Of a stretch of 64,000 bases of DNA, positions 38,378 to 52,992 are shown piece after piece. The stretch lies in assembly GCA_963575745.1 (NCBI GenBank), contig CAUYUJ010000336.1, positions 372,001-436,000 on the forward strand. The letters run 5' to 3'. The notes below the pieces were generated by a model that saw nothing but the letters and a program-made list of their open reading frames with translations, searched no databases and had not been told where the DNA came from. The position numbers and the translations under genes are program-made. The stretch comes from Prorocentrum cordatum (lineage: Eukaryota). The first letter of the stretch is position 1; each line of letters begins with the position of its first letter.

Positions 38378-39056
38378 GCCTGGCGTGCATCCCGCCCCCT
38401 CCCCCGTCACCACCCCTCCTCCCTCCTCGTCCTCCTCCTCCTCCTCATCATCATCATCATCATTCTCTTCCTCCCTCCTGCCTCCCTCCTGCAAACGCCT
38501 ACGCTGATCTGGGGATCCTCCTCCTCCTCCTCCTCCTCCTCGTCTGCCCTCCCCCATCCCCATCGCCTAAGAAGAGGGAGCTGGGGGGAGGAGGAGCGGG
38601 AGGGCGAGGAGCAGCAGGCGCATGAGCACGAGGAAACGGAGGAGGATCAGGAGCAAGCGGAGGGGTAAGGGTGAGCAGGAGGATCAGGACAACGAGTTGA
38701 TGAGGACGAGGGCGGGGAGGAGGCGGAAGACGAGGGGCGGGAGGGGTGCGGCAAGGGGAGAACGCGGAGAATTTTTGGGAGGAGTGCGGGAGGGGGAGCG
38801 GCAAGGGGGGGGTAGGGGATGGGGGAGAGGCTCGGGGAAGAGGAGGGCGACGAAGAGGAGGGCAGCTCCACCTCGCTGTTCCCTCCCCTCCTCCCCCTAC
38901 CCGCTGCCCCTCCCGCATCCTTCCTGTCCATGCTTCTCTTCCCCCTCCCACGCTCCCCGTCCTCCTTCCCGCTCCCATCCCCTCATCCTCACTATGCCTC
39001 GCCCTCCCTCCCCCCGCCCTTCCCTTATTTCCCACCCCTGCCTCCCCGCCCCCGAG

Positions 39057-39202
39057 GTGCTGGACGGGGGCAGAGCCCTGCAGTTCCGCTTCGACGAGAC
39101 GCTGGCCGTGAACCTCCCGCTCGTGCACCCCAAGTGGTTGGTGAAGGGCACGTGCACCCTCACCAGGGGGGACGATGGGCTGATCACGGCCTACAGGGAA
39201 AG
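39057..39202 (+). CDS. Exon F: VLDGGRALQFRFDETLAVNLPLVHPKWLVKGTCTLTRGDDGLITAYRE(R)
   Basis: Long pyrimidine tract plus AG|G acceptor, AG|GT donor at 39203. The beta-strand pattern ends in GLITAYRE, typical of SnoaL/NTF2 C-termini. Confidence 0.92.
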
Positions 39203-40454
39203 GTCACGCGGCGGCGGCCGGGAGGGGAGGAGGAGAAGAAACAGTTCACCCGGGGGGAGGGACGATGGGTTGATCACGGGCTATAGAAGAAGATCACGCT
39301 GCGGCTGGGGGAGATACGAAGACGAACCAGAACACGAAGAAGAATAAGAAGAAGAAGAAGGAGACCGCTAGCCCACGATACCAGCGACTTACTCGTCCTC
39401 GGAGCGCTTCCTGTTAGCTACACGTGATCACGTGCGTTCCTAGCCGAGGGCAGACAGGGCTAGTGGACCTTCACCAAGACATCCGACAAAGGCAAATAAC
39501 ATAACGTTTGGAGCAGGATTGCCTTCGGATGGAGCTGATCACGATACGAAGATCATAGTCACCGATAATGCTCTCGGAGTCCAATCCAGCACGCAGGCGG
39601 TAGGAATGATAGTTCAGGCTCTCAGGTCCCGAAGCCATACTCCACAACATGCCCCTTTCCCACACTGCCGCAGCTACGGGCGCCGATGAAAGGATCTCCC
39701 CCTTCATGTTTCAAAACGGTAGCCCTGGCAAACCACACGCAGGAACGCGGTGGCCTAACGAAGCAGCCATCATCCGCGTCACGCCATGCAGTGCCATGCA
39801 CCCTACCGTCTGTCATGCATCCATCTGATTTGCTTGTGGGGTTCCACGGCGCAGCACGGCGACAAACATTGTAATTCCGTGGTGCATCTTTCCCGAGTGA
39901 GCTGCGGCAAACAACAAGATCTCCAGAGCACGCCGCATACGCAGATTTCCTTGAGCCCGAATGTTTCCAGGAGGCATCGCGGACTGTGACAATCCAGGCA
40001 ACACCTGCAGGATTCCCTGACAAACTGGTCCCCGAGGGCCGCTTCGGTAAACGTCATTCCTTCCGATACCCTGTAGGTATTCTGAGGTACATACGTGAAA
40101 GGGGGTCCATGCTTGGGACATCGTACCATAGTGAAACTGGCGATTACTGTCGTCTGCATCCTTCAAGTCTGGGGGCTTTACCCTGGTGGTGGGTAGTACG
40201 CAGATTCGTGAACATCCACCGCCCCGTCGGCTCTCAACAATTACCCAAACAGGTGTCCTGGATAGTTGCCAGAACATTTTGTCTTGGCAGCGACCATTGC
40301 ATGCAGAACCAGGCAGGGCTGCAGCGCAGATTACTGTGCGCGCCGCGCGACTTCCTGGCGCTCGGTTGTTCAGGAATCTCCTCGTAGCGGTGCAGGTATC
40401 TGGTGGTGATGCACACGGATATTTGCAGCACCCCGCAGTTGCGAATAAGAGTGA

Positions 40455-40812
40455 GGGGTCGGGCGCGGGGTGGACCACGGGCGGGTCACGGGCGGGTCGC
40501 GGGTGGTTCGCGGGGTGGGTCGCGGGAGGGTCGCGGGTGGGTCGCGGGTGGGTCGCCGGTCGGTCACAGGTGGGTCGTGGGTGGGTGGCGGTCGGGTCGT
40601 GGGTGGGATGCGGGTGAATCGCGGGTGGGTCGCGGATGGTTGGGTGGGTTGCGGGTGGGTCGCGGGTGGGTCGTGGGTGGGTCGCGGGTGAGCCGCGGGT
40701 GGGTCGCGGGTGGGTCGCGGGTGGGTCGCAGGTGGGTCGCGGATGGGTCGCGGGTGAGTCGCGGGTGGGTCGCGGGTGAGTCACGGGCGGGTCGCGGGTG
40801 GTTCGCGGTCCA
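40455..40812. repeat. 11-bp minisatellite (GGGTGGGTCGC)n
   Basis: Direct reading; G-rich and G-quadruplex-prone. Confidence 0.9.
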
Positions 40813-41628
40813 GGTCGCGAGTGGGACGATCACAACAGCAAACAAACAAGTAATCAAGCAACAGCAACAACGACCACAATATTTTTGAAAGTGTTCGATC
40901 TTACCTGTTCGCGTGCCTTTTAACACGTCGATACCAAACCCGCGATACCCGCTTTCCTCGTCTTCGATCGTACCCCCTTAGTTGTATATCTTTCGTACCT
41001 GCAGCGTGTATTTCGTGCAGTCCCTAAGGCAGGGGAAGATAGGACGGATGGAATAAACGAACAAATGGCAGGTGGGATGCTGAAGCGTGCGTCTTGCATG
41101 AATCGCGAGGAAGTCTCGAGCGATAGCGCCATTCCTAAATAAATCATGAGACAATCCACAGCGAGCGCGTGATTCCTGGGTGTCGAGGGCGCGGCGTCTT
41201 AATAAATTGCGAGGGATTCCCACGCGAGAGCGTGATTCCTGGATACATGTGAAGAGTTCCCGCGCGAGAGCGCGATTTGGGAATACATTCTGAGGAAGTA
41301 TCAGAGGGCAGCCGCTGTTGTCGTAAACCTGGGGGCCGGGGGCACAGTTTAGTGACACCTCACTTGTCCTTGCAAAACACAGAGTGCGAGTCCCCGGGAG
41401 GAGAACTTAAATTTCAAACTATACAGTGGTTATCTGGAGGAAGAATCAGTAAAACAAAATGCTTGAGGAATGACAATTCATCAACAGCAACGACAGCAGC
41501 AACACTCATGTGTATGTTTTTCTTTCTTCCCTGCTCGCTGGCCATTCTACACGTATACCTATACGACCACCTTTCGGGTGATAAGGAGATTCTTGGGGGG
41601 GGAGAGGGGGGAACCAACATCTGACTCA

Positions 41629-42445
41629 ATCGATCTCACTATCGATCTCACTCAACGGGACACCACGGGACGCCACGGGACACTTGTCGATCTCACTATC
41701 GATCTCATTATCGATCTTTTCAACAGGACATCACGGGACATCGTGGGACACCTCTCGATCTCATTATCGGTCTCATTATCGATCTCATTATCGATCTCAC
41801 TCAACGGGACACCACGGGACACCTCGGGACACCACATCGATCTCAGTATCGATCTCACGATCGATTTTACTCAACGGGACACCACGGGACACTTGTCGAT
41901 CTCAGTATCGATCTCACCATCGATCTCACTTTTTGGGACACCACGGGACACTTCGGGGCACCACGTCGATCTCACTATCGATCTCATTACCGATCTCACC
42001 ACTCAACGGGACACCACGGGACGCCACGGGACACCTGTCGATCTCAGTATCAGTCTCACTATCTACCGATTTCACTTTTTGGGACACCACGGGACACCTC
42101 GGGGCACCATCTCGGTCTCACTATCGATCTCACCATCGATCTCCGTATCGATCTCACTATCGATCTCACGATCTATCTCACTCAACGGGATACCACGGGG
42201 CACCGCGGGACACCGCGAGCCATTGGCGGACGGACGGACGGACGGGCGAGCGGGGGAGAATCATTTGTTTTGACTTCGCCCTAGCAACGGCGGACACCAC
42301 GGGACACCACACACCGTGGGACATTGCGAGCCACCGCCGGACGGGCGGGCGGGGGAGAATCATTTGTCTTGACTTTGCCCTAGCAGCGGCGGAAACCACG
42401 GGACATCACGGGACACCACGGGACACCGCGGGACACCGCGAGCCA
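41629..42445. repeat. Compound minisatellite of TCGATCTCACTA and ACGGGACACC units
   Basis: Alternating blocks of the two motifs. Confidence 0.9.
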
Positions 42446-43419
42446 CCGCCAGACGGGCGGGCGGAGGAGAATCATTTGTCCTGACTTTGCGCTAGCAACG
42501 GCGGGTTCATACCTCTCGCGCGCCCACGCAACTTCGCCTCGCCCGCACGCACGACACGAACGAAACGAAACGATTTCCCGGTTGGGGGTCTCCGTTCCAT
42601 TGCGATCTCCCCCCCCAACCTCCGATCCCGAACCCTCGGTACCCGCCCTCTTCGTCTTCGATCGTGCCCCCTTGGAGGTGTATCTTCCTTACCTGCCGCA
42701 CGTGATTGGCGCAGCCCCTGAAGCAGGGGAAGAGAGGACGGATAGAAGGGGGAGGGAGAAGGATGGAGCACGGGATGAGCAGGAGAGGGGCTAGGACCAG
42801 AGAACACGTGGCCCATCGGGCACGGAGACCTTAACGGGCGGGTCGAGAACGCGGGCCCAAGCGGCCAGGTCGAGAGGCGTGTTGTTGAAGCGTGCGTCTT
42901 GCATGAGTCGCGAGGAGAGCTCGAGCGATAGCGCGATTCCCAAATAACATGTCGGAAAGGCCAGAGCGAGAGTGTGATTCCTGGGTATCGGGGGCGCGGC
43001 GTCTGAATCAATTGCGATGACGTCCCACGCGAGAGCGCGATTCCTCTATATTGATTGAGGAAGTCCAGCGCGAGAGCGCGATTTTAGAATACATTGTGAG
43101 GAAGTATCCGTCGGGAGCCATCGTTGTTGTAGTGTTGTAGTTCGGGGCCCAACAGCTCATGTTGGTGACACCAGGCTTCCTTCATAGAAACAGGGTGCGA
43201 GCCCCGAGGGGGGGCACTTCAATTGAACACGTACAACGGTTATCAGGAGGATCAACAATAATCATCCGCAAAGACTTCGCCCCGTGCCGCTCGGTCCCTC
43301 CCTATCAGAAAGGGATATATCAGAGTCGCGTCGGTGCGTCTCGGCGCCGCCTTGGGGCAACTGGGAACATCATGCGGGAGCGGATAGGAATCATCAGCGC
43401 ATATTGAGAGTTTGGCGTT

Positions 43420-44253
43420 ATCGAAGACGCCTGCGGCGAATCACTGCCGGCCCCTGCCTTCTTGGAAGCGCTTGCGTGGCCGAAAGTTGATTTTGAGCGT
43501 GGCTAAGCTACCGGGTCACGCGCTCCCCGAGTGGGTTCCGAAAGTTTTCGGGGAACACGGAGTCGGGCGAGCTATCGGACCAGGTGGTTTCCGAGCTTTC
43601 GGGTTTCCTGGAGGACGTCTTGGAGGGCTCTTGGGCCGTCTTGGAGGCCTGGCCTTCTTGGAGGCACCTTGGAGGCCATCTTGTCCGTGTTGGATGCCAT
43701 CTTTGGGGCCTTTTGGGCCGTCTTGGGGTCGTGTTGGGGCCCTCTCGGGGGTCTCTTGGGCTGTCATGGGGCCATCTTGGAGGCCTCTTGTGCGCTCTTG
43801 GGGCGATGTTGGAGGCCGCTTGGGCCGTCTTCGGCCGTCGGAGAGCTGAAAAGACGAACATGCCAACATCCTTCAATAACCGATGGATAATCCATGACTT
43901 TCGTCCTTTCGGATCTTCCTGGTGGAGCTCTTGGAGGGCTCTTGGGGCTCGCTTGGGCAGTCTTAGGGCAAGTTTGGAGGCCTCTTGGGCCGTCTTGGAG
44001 GCATCTTGGACCCTCTTGGACCGTCTTGGAAGCCATCTTCGACCATCTTAGGTGGACTCGGAAGCCCTCTTGGGCCATCTTGCTCGTCTTGGAGGCATCT
44101 TGGAGTCCGTGTGGGGCCATCTTGGGCATGACATGTATTGACATGTGCAATTTTGGGTCTCTTCGGGTGGCCGGCGGGACGGGCCGAAACCCCAGTGAGT
44201 TTTTTTAAAGAGCCAAAATCGTCTAGGATCTAACGCGCCAGGGAGCGGCGGAT
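43420..44253 (-). mobile_element. Non-autonomous TCTTGG-rich element ending in GGCGGAT, directly followed by the left terminus of a related element (44255 to about 44760)
   Basis: GGCGGAT at 44247-44253, then GGCC-TTC-GGCC hairpin (44260-44270) and ATCCCGCCACC (44272-44282). Confidence 0.45.
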
Positions 44254-44782
44254 CTTGGTGGCCTTCGGCCCATCCCGCCACCTTGTCTGGGTTGTGGGTC
44301 TGAGACCTCTTGCATATGTGTTGGGGTGTCCTGAGGGGCCCCTCGGGGGCCTCGTGGAGGCGGTTTCGGCGCCTCTTGGGGGCCTCTTGGGGCCTCGTGG
44401 GATATCTTTTGGGCTTCTTGGAGGCATCTTTATCGCGTCTTAGACTCCTCTTGGAACCTCGTGGGGGCTTCTCGGGGATTCTCGGAGCGCTTCTTGGGTC
44501 ATCTTGGAGCCCTCTCGGGCCTTCTTGTGGCTCTCTTGAAGGCGTCTTGGGTTGTCTTTGGCCGGTCTTGGGAGCTGTTTGAGTAATCTTGGGGCGTCGG
44601 AAAGCGGAAATTGCGAGAACCCCAGATTCCTTCACATGTTTTGGTGAAATCGACGATGTTGGCCTCTTGGGGCTCTCTCGGGAGGGCTCTTGGAGTGCTC
44701 TTGGGGCCCTCTTGGGCCGTCTTGGAACCATCGTCGGGCGCCTTGGAGCACCCATGTCCGCGGCAATACGAATCTGGCGTAC

Positions 44783-45420
44783 TTTGCGAAGGTTTATGGC
44801 CACGTGGACGCGAACATTTTATAATGTACGAGGGTTTGTTGCCTCGGGGGCGCAATCATTGAGCAAGTTGCTATGGTTTGTGGCTTCGGGGACGCGAATG
44901 TTGCGTAATGTTTGTTGGATTCTGGCTTCGGGGGCGCGACTGTTGAGCAATTTGCAAAGGTTCGTGGCCTCAGGGACACGAGAATTTTATAATTTACCAG
45001 GGGTTCTGGCTTCGGGGACGCGAATATGGTTTGTGGCTTCGGGGACGCAACACCTAAGTATGTTACGACGGTTTGTTGCCTCGGGGGCGCACCAATTTCA
45101 TAATTTGCAATGGTGAATTGCTTCCTGGACGCGAATGTTATGTAATTTGCTAGAGTGTGTTGCCTCGGGGGCGCAACATTTGGTAATTTGGAAAGTTTAC
45201 TGGTTTCGGGGACGCGACTATCGAATCATTTACGAGGGACCGTGGCCTCGGGAGCGCAATTGTTGCGTAACTTACAAAAGGGTCGTGGCCCCAGAGGCGC
45301 GAACGTAGTGTAATTTTTGATGGATCGTGGCTTTGGGGGCGCGAGCATGGCGTATTTTACGTAGGATCGTGGCTTCGGTGGCGCGAACGCGGTGCAATTT
45401 ACGAGTGGTCGTGGCCAATA
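44783..45420 (+). repeat. Degenerate ~39-bp tandem repeat with conserved GTGGCYTCGGGGRCGCGA core
   Basis: Core recurs about every 39 nt. Related units at about 54228-54290, 55152-55770 and 57836-57900. Confidence 0.8.
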
Positions 45421-46394
45421 CAGCGGAATTTGCAAAGGATCATTGCGCCAGGAGCGCGGATCTCAAGTATTTGTGCGCGTCCCACGGCCCCGCAGGAATT
45501 CAGAGAACGCGACTCGGGAACGGTAGCCGGGCTTTTTTCGGCTCCCCCCCCCCTTCGCGCGGACTTCAACAATTTTCAGTAAGAAGCAGAACGCAGGAAT
45601 GTAACATTAGAGACTTGAAATTGCTGGTGCAGGGCACTGCAACCCTCAACCTCGCAGCCTGATGGCCCCACGGGCTGGCTGATTTTTCAGAAGTGAGGGC
45701 TCACCAACAACAGCAACAATAATTTTGAGACCGTTCGCTCCTTTCTGCTCACATGCCATCCAAGACGTATATCCCAAGCCACTCTGTTCCCGCCATCGTC
45801 GTCCCCGATCGTACCCACTTGGGCGTACATCAGTCTTACCTGCCACGCGCATTTAGTGCAACCCCTAAAACAGTGGAAGGGAAGACGGGTGGAAGGGTGA
45901 GGGAGAAGGATGGAGCACGAGAAGGCGTAGCAGGATGGGGCCAATGAGCAGAAAACAAGTGGTATAATCAGACGGGCAGATCGGGTGGGCCAACCCATAG
46001 CGGGCGGGTCGAGAAGGCGCGACCAGGTCGAGCAGGCGGAGTGCTGAAGCGTGCGTCCTTCATGAATCTTGAGGAGGTTCCGAGCGATAGCGCGATTCCC
46101 AAGTAAATCGTAGGAAAAGCCAAGGAGAGAGCGTGATTCCTGAGCGCCGAGGGCGCATCGCTTGAATAATTTGCGAGGGGTCCCCACGCGACAGCGCGAT
46201 TCCTCCATAAGTTGTGAGAAAGTCTAGCGCGAGAGCGCGATTCTTCAATAACCGGTTAGGAGACATCAGGCGGGAGACGGTGTTGTTGTATACCAGGGGC
46301 CAACGAAAAAATGAGATGCAAAGTTGTCCCTGTATTTTGAGATTCAAAGTTGTCCCTATCTATATATACATACTTATGTATATATAACAAAGAA

Positions 46395-46451
46395 GTGGGT
46401 TCCCTTCGGGGATCATCCGTTAAAATTGGAACGATACAGAGACTATTAGTA
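46395..46451 (+). pseudogene. 3'-truncated U6 snRNA retrocopy flanked by a 16-bp direct repeat
   Basis: TCCCTTCGGGGA 5' stem-loop, then TCATCCGTTAAAATTGGAACGATACAGAGA with the ACAGAGA box at 46436-46442. TATATATAACAAAGAA occurs at 46379-46394 and 46452-46467. Confidence 0.9.
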
Positions 46452-49118
46452 TATATATAACAAAGAAATCCGATCCCCGGGGAGGCACTTCATTTGAAAC
46501 AACACCATGTACCCCGGAGGGGGGGATCAATAATAAGTATCTTTCAGCATCGAGAGTTCAACAACAACAACAACAGCAGGAACAACAACCATGTTAAGTC
46601 TGTTCGTTCTTATCTGTTCGCGGGCCATTCATCACGTAAATCCAAACCCTCGATACCCGGCCTCTTCGTCTTCGTCTGCAGCGTGTGTTTCGTGCAGCCC
46701 CCAGGGCAAAACAACAAAGAGGACGGATGGAAGGATAGGACAAGGGGGAGGGAGGAGGATGGAGCACGAAGAAGAATAGCAGGAGGGGGGTTAGGAGCAC
46801 AAACCACGTGGCAGAACCAGACGGGCAGATCGGCTGGGTAGACCCGAGCGGGCGGGCCGTGAAAGCGGGCCCAAGCTGCCAGGTCGAGCAGGCGGGTTGC
46901 TGAACCGTGCGTCCTGCATGAATCTCGAGGACGCCTCCGAGCGATAGCGCGGTACCCAGATAAATCGGCAGGACATCCACATCGGGAACGGGGAATCCAT
47001 TGTGGGGAAGTATCAGGCGGGATCCGTTGTTTTTGTAAGCCGGGGTCCAGGGGCACAGTTTGGTGTCTCCTCGTCTTCCCTTGTAAAACACAGGGTTCAA
47101 ACTCCAGGAGAGGCGTTTTATTTGGAAAGTACAAATGGTTACTGGAGAGGAGATAATCAACATGTTTTAGAAATGAGCATTCAACATCACCACTACACAT
47201 ACCACCCACACCACCACCACCACCAACAACAACAATAACAACACCAACACCAACAACAATGACAACAACATCAGCAACAACAACACCACTAATTCTAAGA
47301 CTGTTTGCTCTTACCTGCCTGTGTGTCATTCGCAGCGAGTTCCCCACACCCACGATACCCGCCCTTGTTGTCTTCGATCACACCCCCTTTGGGGGGATTC
47401 TTTCTCTTTGCGGGGGACGGCGGGCTTAGACAGGCGGGCAAATCTGAACGGGCGGACAATCCTTCTTGTGCGCACATGTGCCCGCCATTGGAATTGGTGT
47501 GGGCCCTGCACAAAAAGGAGGGGGAGAACGAGGGAGAGCAGGAGGAAGGGAGGGGGAGGGACAAAGGGAGAGGGAAAACGCCAGGAGAGAAGGAGCGAAG
47601 AGGGGGGCGGCTGATTAGAGGCAGTGAGAGGGAAAGAGAAAGAGAGAGAGAGAGAAGGAGGAGAGAGAGACAGAGAGAGAAGAAGAGCGAGAGAGAGATA
47701 ATGACAGATAAGAGAGGTAGAGAGAGAGGGGGGGAAAAGAGAGAGAGAGAGAGAGACAGAAAGAAAAAAAGAGGTCGGGCGGGAGCCCACGACGGCCGGG
47801 CGATCCCCTGACGGGCGCGTCGGGCGGGTGGGACATTCGAGCGGGATGCTTGAGTATGGCGAGAGAGCGGTTCCTACGTAAGTTGTGGCGGCGTCCTTGG
47901 CGCAGCGTGTTTCCTGAGCGTCGAAAGCGCGATTTTTGAATACATTGCATGGAAATCGCAGGAGAGAGCGCAACTCCTGTATAAAATGTGAGGGGCTCTC
48001 TGGCGGGAGCGGGGGTCTTGATTAAATTGCGAGGAAGTCTTTGCTGAATTGCGAGGAAGTCTCAAGCGGGAGCGCCGTTCCTGAGTAAGTTGTGAGGAAG
48101 TCTCAGGCGGGAGCGGGGGCCCTGAGTCAATTTTGAAGAAGTGTGAGGCGGGAGCCGTTGTTGTTGTTGTTGTTGTAATCCGGGGGGCCAGGGGCACAGT
48201 TTGAGCATCAAGATTCCCCCTGTCAAAAAACAGGGTACGAGCGTCGAGGGTCCCATTCTGATTGGGAAAAACAGTAAACACCTGTGGGGGGGATCAACAA
48301 TAATTGTTTTTCATAAATGAATTCAACCGCAGCAGCAGCAGCAGCAGCAACAACAACAACACAACTCATCATTTTAAGGCTGTTCGTTCTTACCTGCTCG
48401 CGTGTCATTCAACACGTATATTCCAGACCCTCGATACCCGCCCTCTTCGTTTTCGATCGTACCCCCTTGGTGTATATTTATCATACCTGCAACATGTATT
48501 TCGTGCAGCCCGTAAAGCAGGGGAAGAAAAAACGGATGGAAGGAAGGGACAATGGGGAAGGAGGAGGATGGAACACGAGAGAGAGACAGAGAGAGAGAGA
48601 GAGTAGCACGAGAGGGGGCTAGAACAAGAAACCACGTGGCAGAACCAGACGGGCATATCGGCCGGTTAGATCCGAACGGGCGGGCCGGGAAGGCGGGCCC
48701 GGGCGGCCAGGTCGGGCAGGCAGGTTGTTGAACCGTACGTCCTGCATGAATCATCAAGCAGTCTCCGATCGATAGCGCGATTCCCAAATACATTTTGAGG
48801 AATCCACAGCGAAAGCGTGATTCCTGAGTGTTGATGGCGCGACTTCTGCATTACATTGTGAGGAGGTCCCGCGCGAGAGCTTGATTTTGGAATGCGCTGC
48901 GAGGAAGTATCAGGCGGGACCTCTGTTGTTGCAAACTGGGGGCCGACAAAACAATTCGGTGGTACGTCAGTTTCTCTTGTAAAAAAACAGGGTGCGCACC
49001 CCGGGAAAAGCATTGAAATTGGAAAAGATGGCTACAGCGGAGGAGGGTTCAGCAAGTATAGTTAGTTGAGAGGTGAAGAAAACAACACCAACATGTATGA
49101 TTATTACAATTACGCTTA

Positions 49119-50917
<1,799 letters not shown>

Positions 50918-51669
50918 CCTGTAACGCCCCTCGCGGGGGTAGAAACCAAGTGAGTGCAATTTATTCTGTGGAGCGTCGTGTTGTCTTCTCCTCCACTCGT
51001 GTTCTTGCGCCAGACGTCCACCCCTGAGGCTCTCAGAAGTTTCCACAAGGCTGGCAGGTGCCCCGAACATCGAAGACTAAGTTCTTCCAGGTTTCGTCTT
51101 CGACTCCGTTCCCAGAGCCCCGACGTGGTGTCTGTTCATCGTGTCGGCGCCCTTGTTGTCGTGAAATTCTCCTCGGAGGGCCTCTTTGTGACGCTCCTGA
51201 GAGAGGGGAGGAGGGAGGAGGGAGGGAAGCAGGAGGGAGGAGGGAGGAGGGAGGAGGACGGATGGGGAGGAGGCGGATGTCGCGCACGGCGTTATCGAAG
51301 CCATCGAGCCTACGGATGAGGTAGGAGGAGGAGGAAGAGGAGGAGGCGGAAGAGGAGGAGGAGGAGAAAGAGGAGGCGAAGGAGGAGGAAGAGGGGGAGG
51401 AAGGATTTGAAGCAGGACGGATGAGGAGGCGGATGACGACGACGAGCAGGAGGAGGAGAGGGAATGATGCCCGTCCTGGAGCCTCTTGGTGTCGCATTGG
51501 CTCTCCTAGAGCGTGCTGGGGGTCCTGTGGCCTGTTTGGGCTCTCCATGGCCTCTTGGGGCCTCTTGGAGCCTCCTGGGCCCTCTTGAGCTCCCTGAGTG
51601 GAATTCAAAGTTGGTCCTCCCGGGGGCTCTTGAGATCTCGTGGGCTCTCCTGGGGTGCGCGAGACACGC

Positions 51670-52330
51670 ATGATAAAGACAGGCTGCCTTGTACCATTGA
51701 TCCCCATCCCGTGCGTTAGATGAATGTAGAATTTTCGGGGTAGGGCCTCTCATATGCTGGATGGCCCACCATGTCCGGAAATCCACGACCATTCTGCTTC
51801 GCACCTTGCTACGCTGCAGCTTTCACACTGGATGCTTACCAGCGGTTCGCACCAGCCACGATGCCACGACGAGGCTCGAAAGTGGTGCTTTATCGCACAT
51901 GTGCAAGCTCACTGGCACATCGGATCTTGTTTTGTTTGTGTGGGCAGCTTCATTGTAGAGATGCCGCCCCGCACAGACCATGGCCGCGCCAATCGCGCAT
52001 GGTCGATCTTCGGAATCATTTAAGTGAGGTCAAATCATTTATGTGAGACTTTGTATCCTTTCAAAACAAACCCATCGAGGACGCCTCAGCATTATCGGGG
52101 CGGACCAGCTCCCGAAGGCGTTCGCACACGGTGCTGGCGCACCCGTTGCCGTGTCGCAGAGCAAGGTTATCCTTGACAACATAAGTACAGCTATATCTGA
52201 AACATGGTTCATGGAGTGTTGATCGCGTGCGTTGGATGGTTCAGCGTGGGGCATGACGGCTCCATATTTGAGCGTACCTCCCACAGGGCAGGCACAAAGG
52301 GACTTGATGCATCGGCAACGTGCGCATGCC
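51670..52330 (+). pseudogene. Possible decayed LINE C-terminal fragment
   Basis: Unique sequence. MLTSGSHQPRCHDEARKWCFIAH loosely resembles the W-x-T-x-x-R-x-H..C motif preceding the non-LTR zinc knuckle. Confidence 0.2.
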
Positions 52331-52946
52331 AACGCGGAGGAACAACTCTGGCGGTTCGACGCGCCTCGTGAGCCGATTGTCTTTGGATAGGCGTCGGACT
52401 CGGACGCGCCCGTCCTCGCGACAGCGCAGCCCCTCGGGCTTCAGGGCCGTCCCAGCGTCCCCTCCCCCGCCTCCGCGGAGGTTCTTTGCATCATTTCGAG
52501 CAGGTCCCGCTCCACCTGCGGCCCAGCCCGCAGGCTCGCGAATTTGGTTGGTTTTATTGTTTCCTCTCTTGGTGTTGAGAATACTCCCCTTTCCCCCCCC
52601 TCGCCCCCTCCCCTCTCCTCCTCAGCCCCCCCCCCTTCCTCTGAGGCTACGTCCTCCGCGCCATGCCCAGCCAGTCACGGGCGGGCTCCCCAGCGGAGCG
52701 CGCATGTCTCCGGCTCGCTCGCTCACTCCCTAGCCTCGGCGTCGAGCCCAGGCCTTCTCAGAAGGCGGCGGGGCTTCTCAGAAGCCCTCCGGCCTTCTTA
52801 GAAGCCGTCTGTGCCTGCGGAGAAGACTCAGAGAGATCTCAGAGGGCCGGAGGCCTCCTGAGCCTTCTGGGGAAGGCCTGCCCCTCTGCCTTTCCCCCCT
52901 GTGCTCGCCGCCGATGCTCGTGCCCCTCGCAGAGCAGCGGGCGCAG

Positions 52947-52992
52947 GTGGGACCAGACGCCGCTGGAGGTCATCCTCAACACCCGCCTGTGA
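52947..52992 (+). CDS. Terminal exon G: WDQTPLEVILNTRL*
   Basis: CAG|G acceptor. It completes the split Arg codon to give GLITAYRERWD (the G-x-I-x-x-x-x-E-x-W-D NTF2-like signature). TGA at 52990-52992. Confidence 0.9.

Larger units (their letters stand above)
40850..49010 (+). repeat. Array of about 6 diverged copies (some partial) of a ~650-bp module, broken up by other insertions
   Basis: Shared landmarks GATACCCGCCCTCTTCGTCTTCGATCGTACCCC, CGAGCGATAGCGC and GGGGCACAGTTT. Copies start near 40850, 42620, 45710, 46560, 47270 and 48340. Confidence 0.75.

Noticed and set aside
44783..45420. CRISPR array
   Set aside because: Repeats are degenerate, linkers are related to each other, and there are no cas genes.
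46395..46451. Functional U6 gene
   Set aside because: The 3' half, including the AGC triad, internal stem-loop and U-tail, is absent, and the copy is flanked by a TSD.
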